The notes: generated from the sequence alone by a model not told the origin. Positions 9,750-18,367 are shown, counted from the first letter of the stretch. The stretch is 32,000 nucleotides of DNA from Vibrio cholerae ATCC 14035 (GCF_000621645.1 NZ_JHXR01000001.1:60001-92000), one strand, 5' to 3'. A program made the numbers and translations.

Positions 9750-9966
9750 ACAGAAGTCAATGTTGCTTTGCATTATAGGTGAGTCACCGCGAACAATAAA
9801 CCACGAACTTCAAGAGGTTAATGGGAAACCTGCAAAGTCGAGGCAAATCACTGAACAAAGTGCTCTTACCAGTTACAATAATTTAACAACGATAGCATCA
9901 TTATTAGGCAGCAACCATGATGCATTGATTACTGCTGCCTTACACGAAGTCTAGGGCACTCAGGGT

Positions 9967-10467
9967 ATGAATAAAACACTCTCTAAGCTTTATCAACCGA
10001 ATATTGTGAAGTGGGCACTAAACTCTTGGCCTCCATTTTGGGGCGCTGGGATCCATATCGAATCGATCAGTGCGGATTTTCGCGAAGTTCGCATCCGCTT
10101 GAAATTACGCTGGTGGAATAAAAACGCCAACCGGACTCAATACGGCGGCAGCATTTTCTCACTGACGGATCCCGTTTATGCCTTGATGCTGATGGGCATA
10201 TTGGGGGAGCGTTATTACGTATGGGACAAAGAAGCGAGCATTAACTTCATTAAACCGGGTGATACGGATCTCTTCGCCGAATTTCGTATCACCCAAGAGA
10301 TGTTGGATTGGATCTTGGCGTCCACAGCGGAAGGCGATAAATGCTTCCCTGAATTTATTGTGCATGTCAAAAACGCTCGTGGCGAAGTGGTTTCGGAGGT
10401 GCAGCGCAAGCTTTACGTGCGTAAAAAACCGCAATATCGCGAAAGTGTCAGCGAGTGTATTGAGTAA
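9967..10467 (+). CDS. hotdog-fold thioesterase-like protein (DUF4442 / YiiD_C-like), function unknown
   Basis: 166-aa ORF with a good ATG. The family assignment comes from recalled resemblance (NKNANRTQYGGSIFSLTDPVYALML) and needs a profile search. Confidence 0.6.
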   Translation: MNKTLSKLYQPNIVKWALNSWPPFWGAGIHIESISADFREVRIRLKLRWWNKNANRTQYGGSIFSLTDPVYALMLMGILGERYYVWDKEASINFIKPGDTDLFAEFRITQEMLDWILASTAEGDKCFPEFIVHVKNARGEVVSEVQRKLYVRKKPQYRESVSECIE

Positions 10468-10470
10468 CCG

Positions 10471-11349
10471 TCATCGGTTTTGGCGTCGGCACAAAGCAAT
10501 CCAAGCTTCGGCGGTTTTTGAAACATAACGTTCGCGATGCCAAACCACGCCCAAACGCCAATCTATAGCCGGTGTGATGGGGTAGATTAATACGCCATCC
10601 CCTTGAATCCTTTGACAAAGCGGCGCTGGAAGAAAGCACACGCCAACCCCGCTTTTGACTAATGCCACCAAAAAATCCCACTGGCTACTGCGCGCGGCGA
10701 CTTGTGGCGTATAGCCCGCTGCTTGGCAGCAGGTATGAATGTGGTCACTTAGAGTAAATTCATGGGTAAACAGATAGAAAGGCTCTTGGCTGATCTGCGC
10801 CCAAGTGAGTGTGGTGAGTGATCGCCAGAGAGGAATATCGGGGACCACGGCAAAAATAGGGTAATGATCGAGGGCAACCGTATTGAGATCGGGATGCTGA
10901 TTAGGGGAAAGCATGGTCACGGCCACATCAATATCACCGTCTAAGATCGCTTGTTCTATCTTACGTCCGCCATACTCCACCACCGTTAATTCGACGTTAG
11001 GGTACGTTTGACGATATTGACGAAATAACCGTGCGTAAACATGCCCCACCATGGGCGGGATGCCTAAACGCAAATGGCCGCGATGCAGTTGGTTTAAATC
11101 CGTGAGTTCCGCGTCCAGTTGCTGCATTTGAGTTAAGATCTGCTGCGCTCTTTGATAGACAATCTCTCCGGCTTCAGTCAGCCAGAAGCGTCGTCCTTCA
11201 CGATGTAGAAGGGGTTGTTCTAACTCCTGCTCCAAATTACGGATCATCTTACTGATGGTTGGCTGAGTCACAAACAGGCGCTCAGAGGCTTTGGTAAAAC
11301 TCTGCTGGTTAACCAGTTCAACGAAGTAGCGTAGGGCGCGGATATCCAT
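10471..11349 (-). CDS. LysR-family transcriptional regulator (CidR-like by context)
   Basis: The N-terminal wHTH MDIRALRYFVELVNQQSFTKASERLFVTQPTISKMIRNLE is canonical for LTTRs. The ATG at 11349 is preferred over the track start at 11379. It is divergent from the cidA/lrgA-like gene. Confidence 0.9.
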   Translation of the reverse strand: MDIRALRYFVELVNQQSFTKASERLFVTQPTISKMIRNLEQELEQPLLHREGRRFWLTEAGEIVYQRAQQILTQMQQLDAELTDLNQLHRGHLRLGIPPMVGHVYARLFRQYRQTYPNVELTVVEYGGRKIEQAILDGDIDVAVTMLSPNQHPDLNTVALDHYPIFAVVPDIPLWRSLTTLTWAQISQEPFYLFTHEFTLSDHIHTCCQAAGYTPQVAARSSQWDFLVALVKSGVGVCFLPAPLCQRIQGDGVLIYPITPAIDWRLGVVWHRERYVSKTAEAWIALCRRQNR

Positions 11350-11377
11350 CAAAAGTCTCTTTGTATGCCTAAATGGC

Positions 11378-11401
11378 ATGAATTAAATAAATTTAAGTCA
11401 T
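11378..11401. promoter_or_regulatory. 24-bp near-perfect palindrome; candidate LTTR operator in the LysR / cidA-like divergent promoter region
   Basis: In ATGAATTAAAT-AA-ATTTAAGTCAT, 10 of 11 arm positions are complementary, with a T-N11-A type architecture. It lies between the two divergent start codons. Confidence 0.45.
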
Positions 11402-11464
11402 TTTATGCTGGTAATCGCCCGGAATACAATGTGACCCAGTTCCCATTTTATCTAGGCAACCTTA

Positions 11465-11905
11465 ATGCAAAACGTTACGCGTACTTTTCAGTTCAAGCAT
11501 AGCCTACTGATTGTCGTTCAAGTGGCGGCACTTTCACTGATTTGGTTTTTCTCCGATTGGTTGGTCAATCAGTTTCAACTGCCGTTACCCGCCAATTTAA
11601 CGGGAATGCTGATTTTGTTGTTACTGGTTATGCTCAAAGTAGTGAATGTTGAGTGGTTTCGGCGCGGGGCGAGCTGGTTGCTGGCTGAAATGTTGCTGTT
11701 TTTTGTTCCGGCTGTCGTGGCGGTAGTGAATTACCAAGACTTAATGCGCCAAGAGGGGATTAAAATTGCTGTGGTTTTAGTGGCCAGCACCATCTTGGTG
11801 ATCGCATCGACGGCTTGGGTCGTCGATAAAATGCATCGAGTTGAGCTGGTTTTAGCGAGACGTAAACGTCGCCAGATAGCGCTGGCGCGCAGTGTGGAGA
11901 AGTAG
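11465..11905 (+). CDS. CidA/LrgA (YohJ) family membrane protein
   Basis: 146 aa with four predicted TM helices and a basic C-terminal tail (ARRKRRQIALAR). It resembles E. coli YohJ and is followed after 5 nt by the LrgB-family partner. Confidence 0.85.
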   Translation: MQNVTRTFQFKHSLLIVVQVAALSLIWFFSDWLVNQFQLPLPANLTGMLILLLLVMLKVVNVEWFRRGASWLLAEMLLFFVPAVVAVVNYQDLMRQEGIKIAVVLVASTILVIASTAWVVDKMHRVELVLARRKRRQIALARSVEK

Positions 11906-11910
11906 AACAT

Positions 11911-12600
11911 ATGTCGACTTCATTACTCAGCCTTTTCTGTTTTCTGCTCACGTTACTGTTTTACTATGCGAGTAAATTTCTTTATCGACGTAAACGCAGT
12001 TTGTTGCTGATGCCGCTGTTACTCGCGCCATTGCTGCTCGTCATCGTGGTGATGATGTTTCATATTCCTTACCAAGCTTACATGGCCGATGCCCATTGGC
12101 TACTGTGGTTACTGGGCCCAGCAACCGTCGCTTTTGCCGTTCCGGTTTACGATAACCGGGCGTTATTGCGTCAGCACTGGTTATCCTTATCCGTTGGTGT
12201 CGTGGTATCGGTGCTGGTGGCTATTTCAAGTACGGTGTTGTTGGCGCGTTGGCTCAACCTTCCTGACTTGCTGCAACGCAGCCTTGCTATGCGTTCTATT
12301 ACCACTCCTTTTGCGGTAGAAGCGACGAAATCGATTGGTGGACAAAGTGATCTAACCGCGCTGTTTGTGGTACTGACAGGGGTCATTGGCATGGCTGTTG
12401 GTGAGATAATCCTCACCGTGCTTTCTATTCGCTCTCGCTTAGGGAAAGGAGCAAGTTTAGGGGCTTCAGCTCATGGTGCCGGCACGGCTAAAGCCTATCA
12501 AATCGGTAATTCAGAGGGTGTGGTGTCCAGCGTAGTGATGATGTTGGCGGGCATGGTAACTGTGGTGATCGCTCCTTGGATTGGGCGCTGGTTTTGGTGA
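11911..12600 (+). CDS. CidB/LrgB (YohK) family membrane protein
   Basis: 229-aa polytopic membrane protein containing SITTPFAVEA and GASAHGAGTA, motifs typical of LrgB/YohK. It forms an operon with the preceding gene. Confidence 0.88.
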   Translation: MSTSLLSLFCFLLTLLFYYASKFLYRRKRSLLLMPLLLAPLLLVIVVMMFHIPYQAYMADAHWLLWLLGPATVAFAVPVYDNRALLRQHWLSLSVGVVVSVLVAISSTVLLARWLNLPDLLQRSLAMRSITTPFAVEATKSIGGQSDLTALFVVLTGVIGMAVGEIILTVLSIRSRLGKGASLGASAHGAGTAKAYQIGNSEGVVSSVVMMLAGMVTVVIAPWIGRWFW

Positions 12601-12626
12601 TAGGCAGAGATTGAAACTCCCCTAAT

Positions 12627-12657
12627 AAAAAATCCCCTGCTGGGCAGGGGATTTTTT
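12627..12657. terminator. bidirectional rho-independent terminator (cidB-like / fldA)
   Basis: AAAAAA-TCCCCTGC-tgg-GCAGGGGA-TTTTTT. Confidence 0.85.
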
Positions 12658-12673
12658 ATTTTGACTCTGCAAA

Positions 12674-13201
12674 TTAGTCTTCAAGTTCAGCGAGACACAT
12701 CTCTTCATAAACTTGGTTAACCCATTTGGTCACGCGTTGCTCAGTTAGCTCTGGCTGGCGATCTTCATCGATACACAGACCGACGAAGTGATTTTCATCC
12801 ACTAGGGCTTTAGAAGCTTCAAATTCGTAACCTTCCGTTGGCCAGTGGCCGACAATGGTTGCGCCTTTCGCTTGAATGATGTCACGTACGGTGCCCATCG
12901 CATCGCAGAAGTACTCTGCGTAATCTTCTTGGTCACCACAACCAAAAATGGCAACAAGCTTAGTTGAAAAATCAATGGCTTCTAGCTCAGGGAAAAAGTC
13001 GTCCCAGTCGCACTGTGCTTCACCGTAGTACCAAGTCGGGATACCCAGCAACAGCAGGTCGAAGTTATTGATGTCTTCTTTGCTGCTTTTGGCAATATCT
13101 TGTACGTGAACCAGTTTTTTACCGAGTTGTTTTTGAATCATCTTTGCAATAGCTTCGGTGTTGCCGGTGTCGCTGCCAAAGAAGATACCTACACTTGCCA
13201 T
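12674..13201 (-). CDS. fldA: flavodoxin I
   Basis: 175 aa. The FMN-binding signature is GIFFGSDTGNTE, and the protein is a long-chain flavodoxin similar to E. coli FldA. Confidence 0.95.
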   Translation of the reverse strand: MASVGIFFGSDTGNTEAIAKMIQKQLGKKLVHVQDIAKSSKEDINNFDLLLLGIPTWYYGEAQCDWDDFFPELEAIDFSTKLVAIFGCGDQEDYAEYFCDAMGTVRDIIQAKGATIVGHWPTEGYEFEASKALVDENHFVGLCIDEDRQPELTEQRVTKWVNQVYEEMCLAELED

Positions 13202-13249
13202 AGAATCATTACCTTTAGAATGTTAAAGAGTCGCGAAGCCTTGCGGAGC

Positions 13250-13471
13250 TTAACCTAGTCCGCTGCCTTCCCAAGTCAATTGAATTATGCCTTTGGCGAC
13301 AAAGCCTGCGCACCCTAAAAAGAGAACCAACCACACAATACGACGCCCGAAAGGGGGAACATTACCTTGTTTCAACACATCTTTAATCGCCATGCCAATC
13401 AAGAAGAAGATTGAGGCAAACAGCAGATCGAGTCCTACAGACTCCAACATGTTCATGTAGTCGTAAAGCAT
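13250..13471 (-). CDS. small two-TM membrane protein (DUF2788-like)
   Basis: 73-aa ORF with two hydrophobic helices. It is co-oriented between ybfF and fldA. The family name is from memory only. Confidence 0.6.
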   Translation of the reverse strand: MLYDYMNMLESVGLDLLFASIFFLIGMAIKDVLKQGNVPPFGRRIVWLVLFLGCAGFVAKGIIQLTWEGSGLG

Positions 13472-13566
13472 GATATTCCTTTATGCCAAATTGCTTGCGC
13501 GCACTATACCACTGTTATCTGACAAAGTTAATGCGCGTAGTGTTTCTCAATTCACACTTGATTGCC

Positions 13567-14340
13567 TTAAACGGGCACATCAATAAATTTACGGATTGCA
13601 CGTATAACTTCAGCGGGTTTTTCCGCGTGCAGCCAGTGTCCCGTGTTTGCGATCACATGAGCTTTGGCTTGGCTAAACTGGGCTTGCACCATGGGCTGAT
13701 GTTGTGTGGTCAGATAATCCGAATCTGCCCCTTTAATAAATAAGGTTGGAATCCGGCATTTGGCGATGATATCCCAGCCTAAAATCTCTGCATAATGTGC
13801 TTTGAGTGCCGCAACATTGAAGCGCCATGTCATCACGTTCTGTTCCGACATTAAAGATTTGCCGAGAAATTGTCTAACGCCTTCTTGCTCAATATGTTGC
13901 GCTAAAATTGCCATCACTTCACTGCGTGACGTGGGCTTTTGCACTAACACCGCTTCGAGTCCAGCAAACACATTGTCGTGACGCCGTTGGCTATACGCGA
14001 CAGGTGACATGTCCAGCACCACTAATTGACGGACTTTTTCTGCGGCAATATCGGCTAATTTCATGGCCACTTTTCCGCCCATCGAGTGACCGATCACCAC
14101 TACCGAAGTGAGGTTGAGGTGTTCAAGCAACTGGTTTACGTCTTGTGCCATCAACGCGTAATTGTGCTCATCACTGTGGAAGGATAGCCCGTGGTTACGC
14201 AGATCCAAGCTCAGTACTTGGTGATCGTTTTTCAGATCGCGCGCAAGCAAGCCAAGATTATCCAAGCTACCAAATAAGCCATGGATCAAAACAACGGTCT
14301 CACCGCTGCCTTCAAGTTTGTAGTTAAGAAGTGCTGACAT
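13567..14340 (-). CDS. ybfF: alpha/beta-hydrolase esterase YbfF
   Basis: 257 aa with the nucleophile elbow GHSMGG and the HGLFGS oxyanion region. It is divergent from seqA as in E. coli. Confidence 0.88.
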   Translation of the reverse strand: MSALLNYKLEGSGETVVLIHGLFGSLDNLGLLARDLKNDHQVLSLDLRNHGLSFHSDEHNYALMAQDVNQLLEHLNLTSVVVIGHSMGGKVAMKLADIAAEKVRQLVVLDMSPVAYSQRRHDNVFAGLEAVLVQKPTSRSEVMAILAQHIEQEGVRQFLGKSLMSEQNVMTWRFNVAALKAHYAEILGWDIIAKCRIPTLFIKGADSDYLTTQHQPMVQAQFSQAKAHVIANTGHWLHAEKPAEVIRAIRKFIDVPV

Positions 14341-14432
14341 TTTATCTTATTAGTGATTGGTTTAACGTAGAGTCTCAGTCAAGATCTCGCTATAATCCCC
14401 GAAAGTTTAAACATAGAGATTGTGAAAAGCGA

Positions 14433-14966
14433 ATGAAAACAATTGAGGTTGATGAGGATCTATACCGTTACATTGCGAGTCAGACTTTGCATATTGGTGA
14501 AAGTGCCTCCGATATTTTGCGTCGTCTTCTCAATGTAGATGGTGAATTAGCCACTGCTGCGCCTGCTGCTGAGCCGAAAGGGATAGTCGTAAGCAAAGAT
14601 GCCGCTTTCGATACCAAAATTGATGGTGTTAAAGCGATGCGTTCACTGCTGATTTCCGATGAATTTGCCGGGCTAAAAAATGCGATCGATCGCTTCATGC
14701 TGATTCTGTCTACTCTTCATCGCATCGACTCTGCGAGCTTTTCTGAAGCGACTATGTTCAAAGGTCGCAAGCGCGTTTACTTTGCTGATAACGAACAGAC
14801 GTTGCTTGCCAGCGGGCAAACAACCAAACCTAAGGCGATCCCAAATACGCCGTTTTGGGTGATCACCAACAACAACACTAGCCGCAAGCAACAGATGGTT
14901 GAACAGGTGATGGTGCGCATGGGCTTCCCAAGCGACATTATTGAGAAAGTTACCCATTCCATTTGA
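14433..14966 (+). CDS. seqA: replication initiation negative regulator SeqA
   Basis: MKTIEVDEDLYRYIASQT matches the SeqA N-terminal oligomerisation domain. The C-terminal domain contains FWVITNNNTSRK. The ATG at 14433 is preferred over the track start at 14331. Confidence 0.93.
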   Translation: MKTIEVDEDLYRYIASQTLHIGESASDILRRLLNVDGELATAAPAAEPKGIVVSKDAAFDTKIDGVKAMRSLLISDEFAGLKNAIDRFMLILSTLHRIDSASFSEATMFKGRKRVYFADNEQTLLASGQTTKPKAIPNTPFWVITNNNTSRKQQMVEQVMVRMGFPSDIIEKVTHSI

Positions 14967-15001
14967 ATTTTGCTGATTACAGCCCAAAATTCTGATTCAA
15001 G

Positions 15002-15046
15002 CCTCATAATGCGTAGTGCTACACCGCTATTATGAGGTTTTATTTT
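15002..15046 (+). terminator. hairpin plus T-tract between seqA and pgm (partial terminator/attenuator candidate)
   Basis: CCTCATAAT (15002-15010) pairs with ATTATGAGG (15029-15037). The loop contains an inner GTAG..CTAC pairing. TTTTATTTT follows the stem. Confidence 0.5.
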
Positions 15047-15074
15047 ATGTGAAATTTAAAGAAAGGATGTCACT

Positions 15075-16721
15075 ATGGCTATGCACCCTCGTGCTGGACA
15101 AAAGGCGCGACAAGAGGATCTCCATAATATCCCTGCGCTAGTTGCAAATTACTACCTACTCCAGCCTGAAGCTGGCAATACGGCGCATAAAGTTGAATTT
15201 GGTACGTCGGGACACCGAGGTACGGCCGATAAAACTACCTTTAATGAGCATCATATTCTTGCGATTGCGCAAGCGGTAGCGGATGTGCGCCATGAACATG
15301 GTGTGACTGGCCCAATCTTTATTGGCAAAGATACTCATGCGCTGTCTGAACCTGCATTCAGTAGTGTTCTGGAAGTGTTGATTGCCAATGGCATTGAAGT
15401 GATTGTGCAAGAAAACAACGGTTACACACCAACGCCGGGCATTTCACACGCTATTTTAACGTACAACCTGAAGCATGCAGATAAAGCGGACGGCATTGTG
15501 ATTACCCCTTCGCACAACCCGCCACAAGATGGTGGCATCAAATACAACCCACCACACGGTGGCCCGGCGGAAGGGGAGTTAACCCAAGCGATTGAAGATC
15601 GTGCCAATGCTTACATCAGTCAGCAGCTTGCTGGTGTAAAACGCATGCCGATTGCGTTGGCTAAACAATCCGAGTTGCTCAAGCAAGTCGATTTGGTTAA
15701 GCCTTACGTTGATGATCTGGTCAATGTGGTTGATATGGCGGCAATCCAAAAGGCCAAGCTCAAAATTGGGGTCGATCCTCTGGGTGGCAGTGGCATTGAT
15801 TACTGGCGTCAAATTGGCAACGCTTACCAACTCGATTTAACGCTGGTCAGCGAAGCCATTGATCCAAGCTTCCAATTCATGTCATTAGATAAAGATGGCG
15901 TGATCCGTATGGATTGCTCTTCTCCATATGCCATGGCGGGTTTGCTGGCCCTGAAAGATGAATACGACTTGGCTTTTGGTAACGATCCTGACTACGACCG
16001 TCACGGCATTGTGACCCCTAAAGGCTTGATGAATCCGAATCACTTCCTCGCGGTGTGCATTGATTATCTGTACCGTCATCGTCAAGGTTGGGCGGGCCAT
16101 GTTGCCGTCGGTAAAACGCTGGTTTCCAGTGCGATGATTGATAAAGTGGTTGCCGATCTTGGCCGCGAACTGTGTGAAGTTCCAGTAGGCTTCAAATGGT
16201 TTGTTGATGGGCTCTACTCTGGTCGCTTTGGTTTTGGCGGTGAAGAGAGTGCGGGGGCTTCTTTCCTGCGTCAAGATGGCACGCCTTGGTCTACCGACAA
16301 AGATGGGATCATTTTGTGCTTACTGGCAGCGGAAATTACCGCTGTGACCGGCAAAAATCCGCAACAGTATTATGATGAATTGGCAGCTAAACACGGTGAT
16401 TCTTATTACAGCCGTATTCAAGCCGTGGCGAATGGTCCACAGAAGAATGTGCTAAAGAAACTGTCTCCTGAAATGGTGTCGGCTCAAACGCTAGCGGGAG
16501 ATGCAATTACGGCTCGCTTGACTCATGCTCCGGGTAATGGCGCAGCCATTGGCGGCCTCAAAGTGACTACGGATTATGGTTGGTTTGCGGCTCGTCCATC
16601 TGGCACAGAAGATATCTATAAGATTTATTGTGAGAGCTTCAAAGGGGCTGAGCACTTAAAACAAATTGAATCTGAAGCGCAGCAGATCGTAAACCAAGTG
16701 TTTAAAGACGCGGGTTTATAA
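15075..16721 (+). CDS. pgm: phosphoglucomutase
   Basis: 548 aa. The phosphoserine loop is [15 protein letters not shown], and FGTSGHRG lies near the N-terminus. It is downstream of seqA as in E. coli. Confidence 0.96.
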   Translation: MAMHPRAGQKARQEDLHNIPALVANYYLLQPEAGNTAHKVEFGTSGHRGTADKTTFNEHHILAIAQAVADVRHEHGVTGPIFIGKDTHALSEPAFSSVLEVLIANGIEVIVQENNGYTPTPGISHAILTYNLKHADKADGIVITPSHNPPQDGGIKYNPPHGGPAEGELTQAIEDRANAYISQQLAGVKRMPIALAKQSELLKQVDLVKPYVDDLVNVVDMAAIQKAKLKIGVDPLGGSGIDYWRQIGNAYQLDLTLVSEAIDPSFQFMSLDKDGVIRMDCSSPYAMAGLLALKDEYDLAFGNDPDYDRHGIVTPKGLMNPNHFLAVCIDYLYRHRQGWAGHVAVGKTLVSSAMIDKVVADLGRELCEVPVGFKWFVDGLYSGRFGFGGEESAGASFLRQDGTPWSTDKDGIILCLLAAEITAVTGKNPQQYYDELAAKHGDSYYSRIQAVANGPQKNVLKKLSPEMVSAQTLAGDAITARLTHAPGNGAAIGGLKVTTDYGWFAARPSGTEDIYKIYCESFKGAEHLKQIESEAQQIVNQVFKDAGL

Positions 16722-16737
16722 TGTGATGAAATGAATC

Positions 16738-16764
16738 AGGGGCGATGAGATCGCCCCTTTTTTA
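16738..16764. terminator. rho-independent terminator (pgm / convergent DUF1853-like gene)
   Basis: AGGGGCGAT-gag-ATCGCCCCT-TTTTTT. Confidence 0.85.
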
Positions 16765-16770
16765 TGTCTC

Positions 16771-17544
16771 TTAACGCTGTGGCCACTGGTTTGGCACAAT
16801 AAACCAGAATTTCCCAGATTCAGATTGGCAATGCACAAACCCATCTGCGTGTTCTGTATAAGGTTCAGAGTCTGCTTTCCGTCCCGTCAACCAATCTGAC
16901 TTTTCAAGCTGATATAAAGGTTCATCGATTAAGTGCTGCTCACGCTGGAAACACCAATAGCCTTGAATCTGGCTAGTATTGAGCGGGTAGCCAAGACAAT
17001 CGGTCGGGATTGGCTCATCAGAAAATGGATTGGTATAAAGACGACCCTGCATTAATAAATGTTGTGATGCACCAGCCCAGAGTGGATGTTGTTCAATAAA
17101 AAGCGGATGTTGTGATAGCGGCAGTTGGTGGTTGAGCATATGGTCAAGTTTGATATCCAAACGATCTTCGGCATTGGGGCCGTACCAACATCCTTGGTGG
17201 AGCAGATAAAATTTGACTGCCACTTCCCAATGTTCATAGTGTTCAGTTTTACGGTTTTTAGCTAAAAAATCCAATGAACCGACGGTTTTTCCTTCATTAA
17301 TGAGCTGAATTTCTTCTGAAACCGCATTGTAAAATGGCGTTTCGGTGAATAATTGAGCGCAAAGATGTTGATAGAGAAAGCCTAATCGTGGATTGCCCTG
17401 ATAGTCTGGCCACTGCTCTCGTGTTGTTTTGCTAAATGGCGCTTTGCTGACCAAAGGCGCTTTGGCTTGAAATAGGGCAGGGGTGCGAATCACCCAATCC
17501 ATTAAGTGTTTTAACTCCATCTGATCACCACCACTTTTTGACAT
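16771..17544 (-). CDS. DUF1853-like protein with a PD-(D/E)XK-like motif, function unknown
   Basis: 257-aa ORF (an alternative ATG at 17520 gives MELKHL...). It contains GSLDFL followed by HWEVAVKF, reminiscent of nuclease-fold D...E.K motifs. The family call is from memory. Confidence 0.7.
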   Translation of the reverse strand: MSKSGGDQMELKHLMDWVIRTPALFQAKAPLVSKAPFSKTTREQWPDYQGNPRLGFLYQHLCAQLFTETPFYNAVSEEIQLINEGKTVGSLDFLAKNRKTEHYEHWEVAVKFYLLHQGCWYGPNAEDRLDIKLDHMLNHQLPLSQHPLFIEQHPLWAGASQHLLMQGRLYTNPFSDEPIPTDCLGYPLNTSQIQGYWCFQREQHLIDEPLYQLEKSDWLTGRKADSEPYTEHADGFVHCQSESGKFWFIVPNQWPQR

Positions 17545-17608
17545 ATTTCGACATTCTAGCCTGAAATTGTTATAACCACGCCACCTCTGTTGCTCAATGG
17601 ATTACAAG

Positions 17609-18367
17609 ATGAACAATTTACAGCTAGAAGCGTTGCTAAATGAGACATTGTCCCCACAGTTAATTAAAGATTATTGTCCTAATGGTTTACAAGTCGAAGG
17701 TAAAGTGGAAGTCAAACGAATTGTCACCGGTGTGACCGCTAGCATGGCTTTAATTGAAGCTGCGATTGAGTTGAAAGCTGATGCTCTTCTGGTTCACCAC
17801 GGCTATTTTTGGAAAAATGAACCCGAGGCCATTCGAGGTATGAAAGGTCGCCGGATACGTACGCTTATCCAAAATGATCTTAATCTGTATGCCTACCATC
17901 TACCTTTGGATATTCATCCACAGTTGGGCAACAATGCTCAGCTTGCGCAGCGACTCGGGATTTGCGTTGATGGTGGGTTGGAAGGGCATCCTCAATCAGT
18001 TGCGATGTTTGGGCACTTTTTACAACCGTTAACCGGAGAAGAATTAGCTCATCGGATTGGCCAAGTCCTGAATCGTACTCCTTTGCATATTGCTCCCGAT
18101 CAAGCCGATAAGCTGATTGAAACTGTCGGTTGGTGTACGGGTGGTGGGCAAGACTATATTGAACTCGCGGCTAGCCGAGGTTTAGATGCCTTTATTTCTG
18201 GAGAAATCTCGGAGCGTACAACCTATTCGGCACGTGAACAGTCGATCCATTACTTTTCCGCAGGTCACCATGCTACCGAGCGCTACGGAATTAAAGCACT
18301 AGGGGAATGGCTCGCGGAAAATCACGGCTTTGATGTGACCTTCATTGATATTGATAATCCAGTTTAG
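17609..18367 (+). CDS. ybgI: Nif3-family dinuclear-metal-centre protein YbgI
   Basis: MNNLQLEALLNETLSP...DYCPNGLQVEG...VTGVTAS...LVHHGYFWK parallels E. coli YbgI. An upstream ATG at 17597 is also possible. Confidence 0.9.
   Translation: MNNLQLEALLNETLSPQLIKDYCPNGLQVEGKVEVKRIVTGVTASMALIEAAIELKADALLVHHGYFWKNEPEAIRGMKGRRIRTLIQNDLNLYAYHLPLDIHPQLGNNAQLAQRLGICVDGGLEGHPQSVAMFGHFLQPLTGEELAHRIGQVLNRTPLHIAPDQADKLIETVGWCTGGGQDYIELAASRGLDAFISGEISERTTYSAREQSIHYFSAGHHATERYGIKALGEWLAENHGFDVTFIDIDNPV

Noticed and set aside
9876-9908. Fur-box-like sequence AATAATttaacaacGATAGCATCATTATT upstream of the hotdog-fold gene and far upstream of fur
   Set aside because: Only about 10 of 19 positions match GATAATGATAATCATTATC in the best register. 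That is too weak to call without a weight-matrix score or ChIP data. A similar weak match (GGTAATGATTCT) overlaps the fldA start region at about 13202-13215.
9760-9954. 64-aa ORF in the spacer between the fur-proximal ERIC and the hotdog-fold gene
   Set aside because: It has no Shine-Dalgarno, no recognisable domain and a low-complexity composition, and it lies in a probable promoter region. It cannot be excluded as a small protein, but the sequence gives no support.
14331-14432. N-terminal extension of seqA; similar TTG/GTG-started extensions of pdxB (6907), mnmC (5392), gltA (19714) and the LysR gene (11379)
   Set aside because: Homolog N-termini and Shine-Dalgarno positions support the internal ATGs. 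The seqA extension also overlaps the ybfF start codon region.
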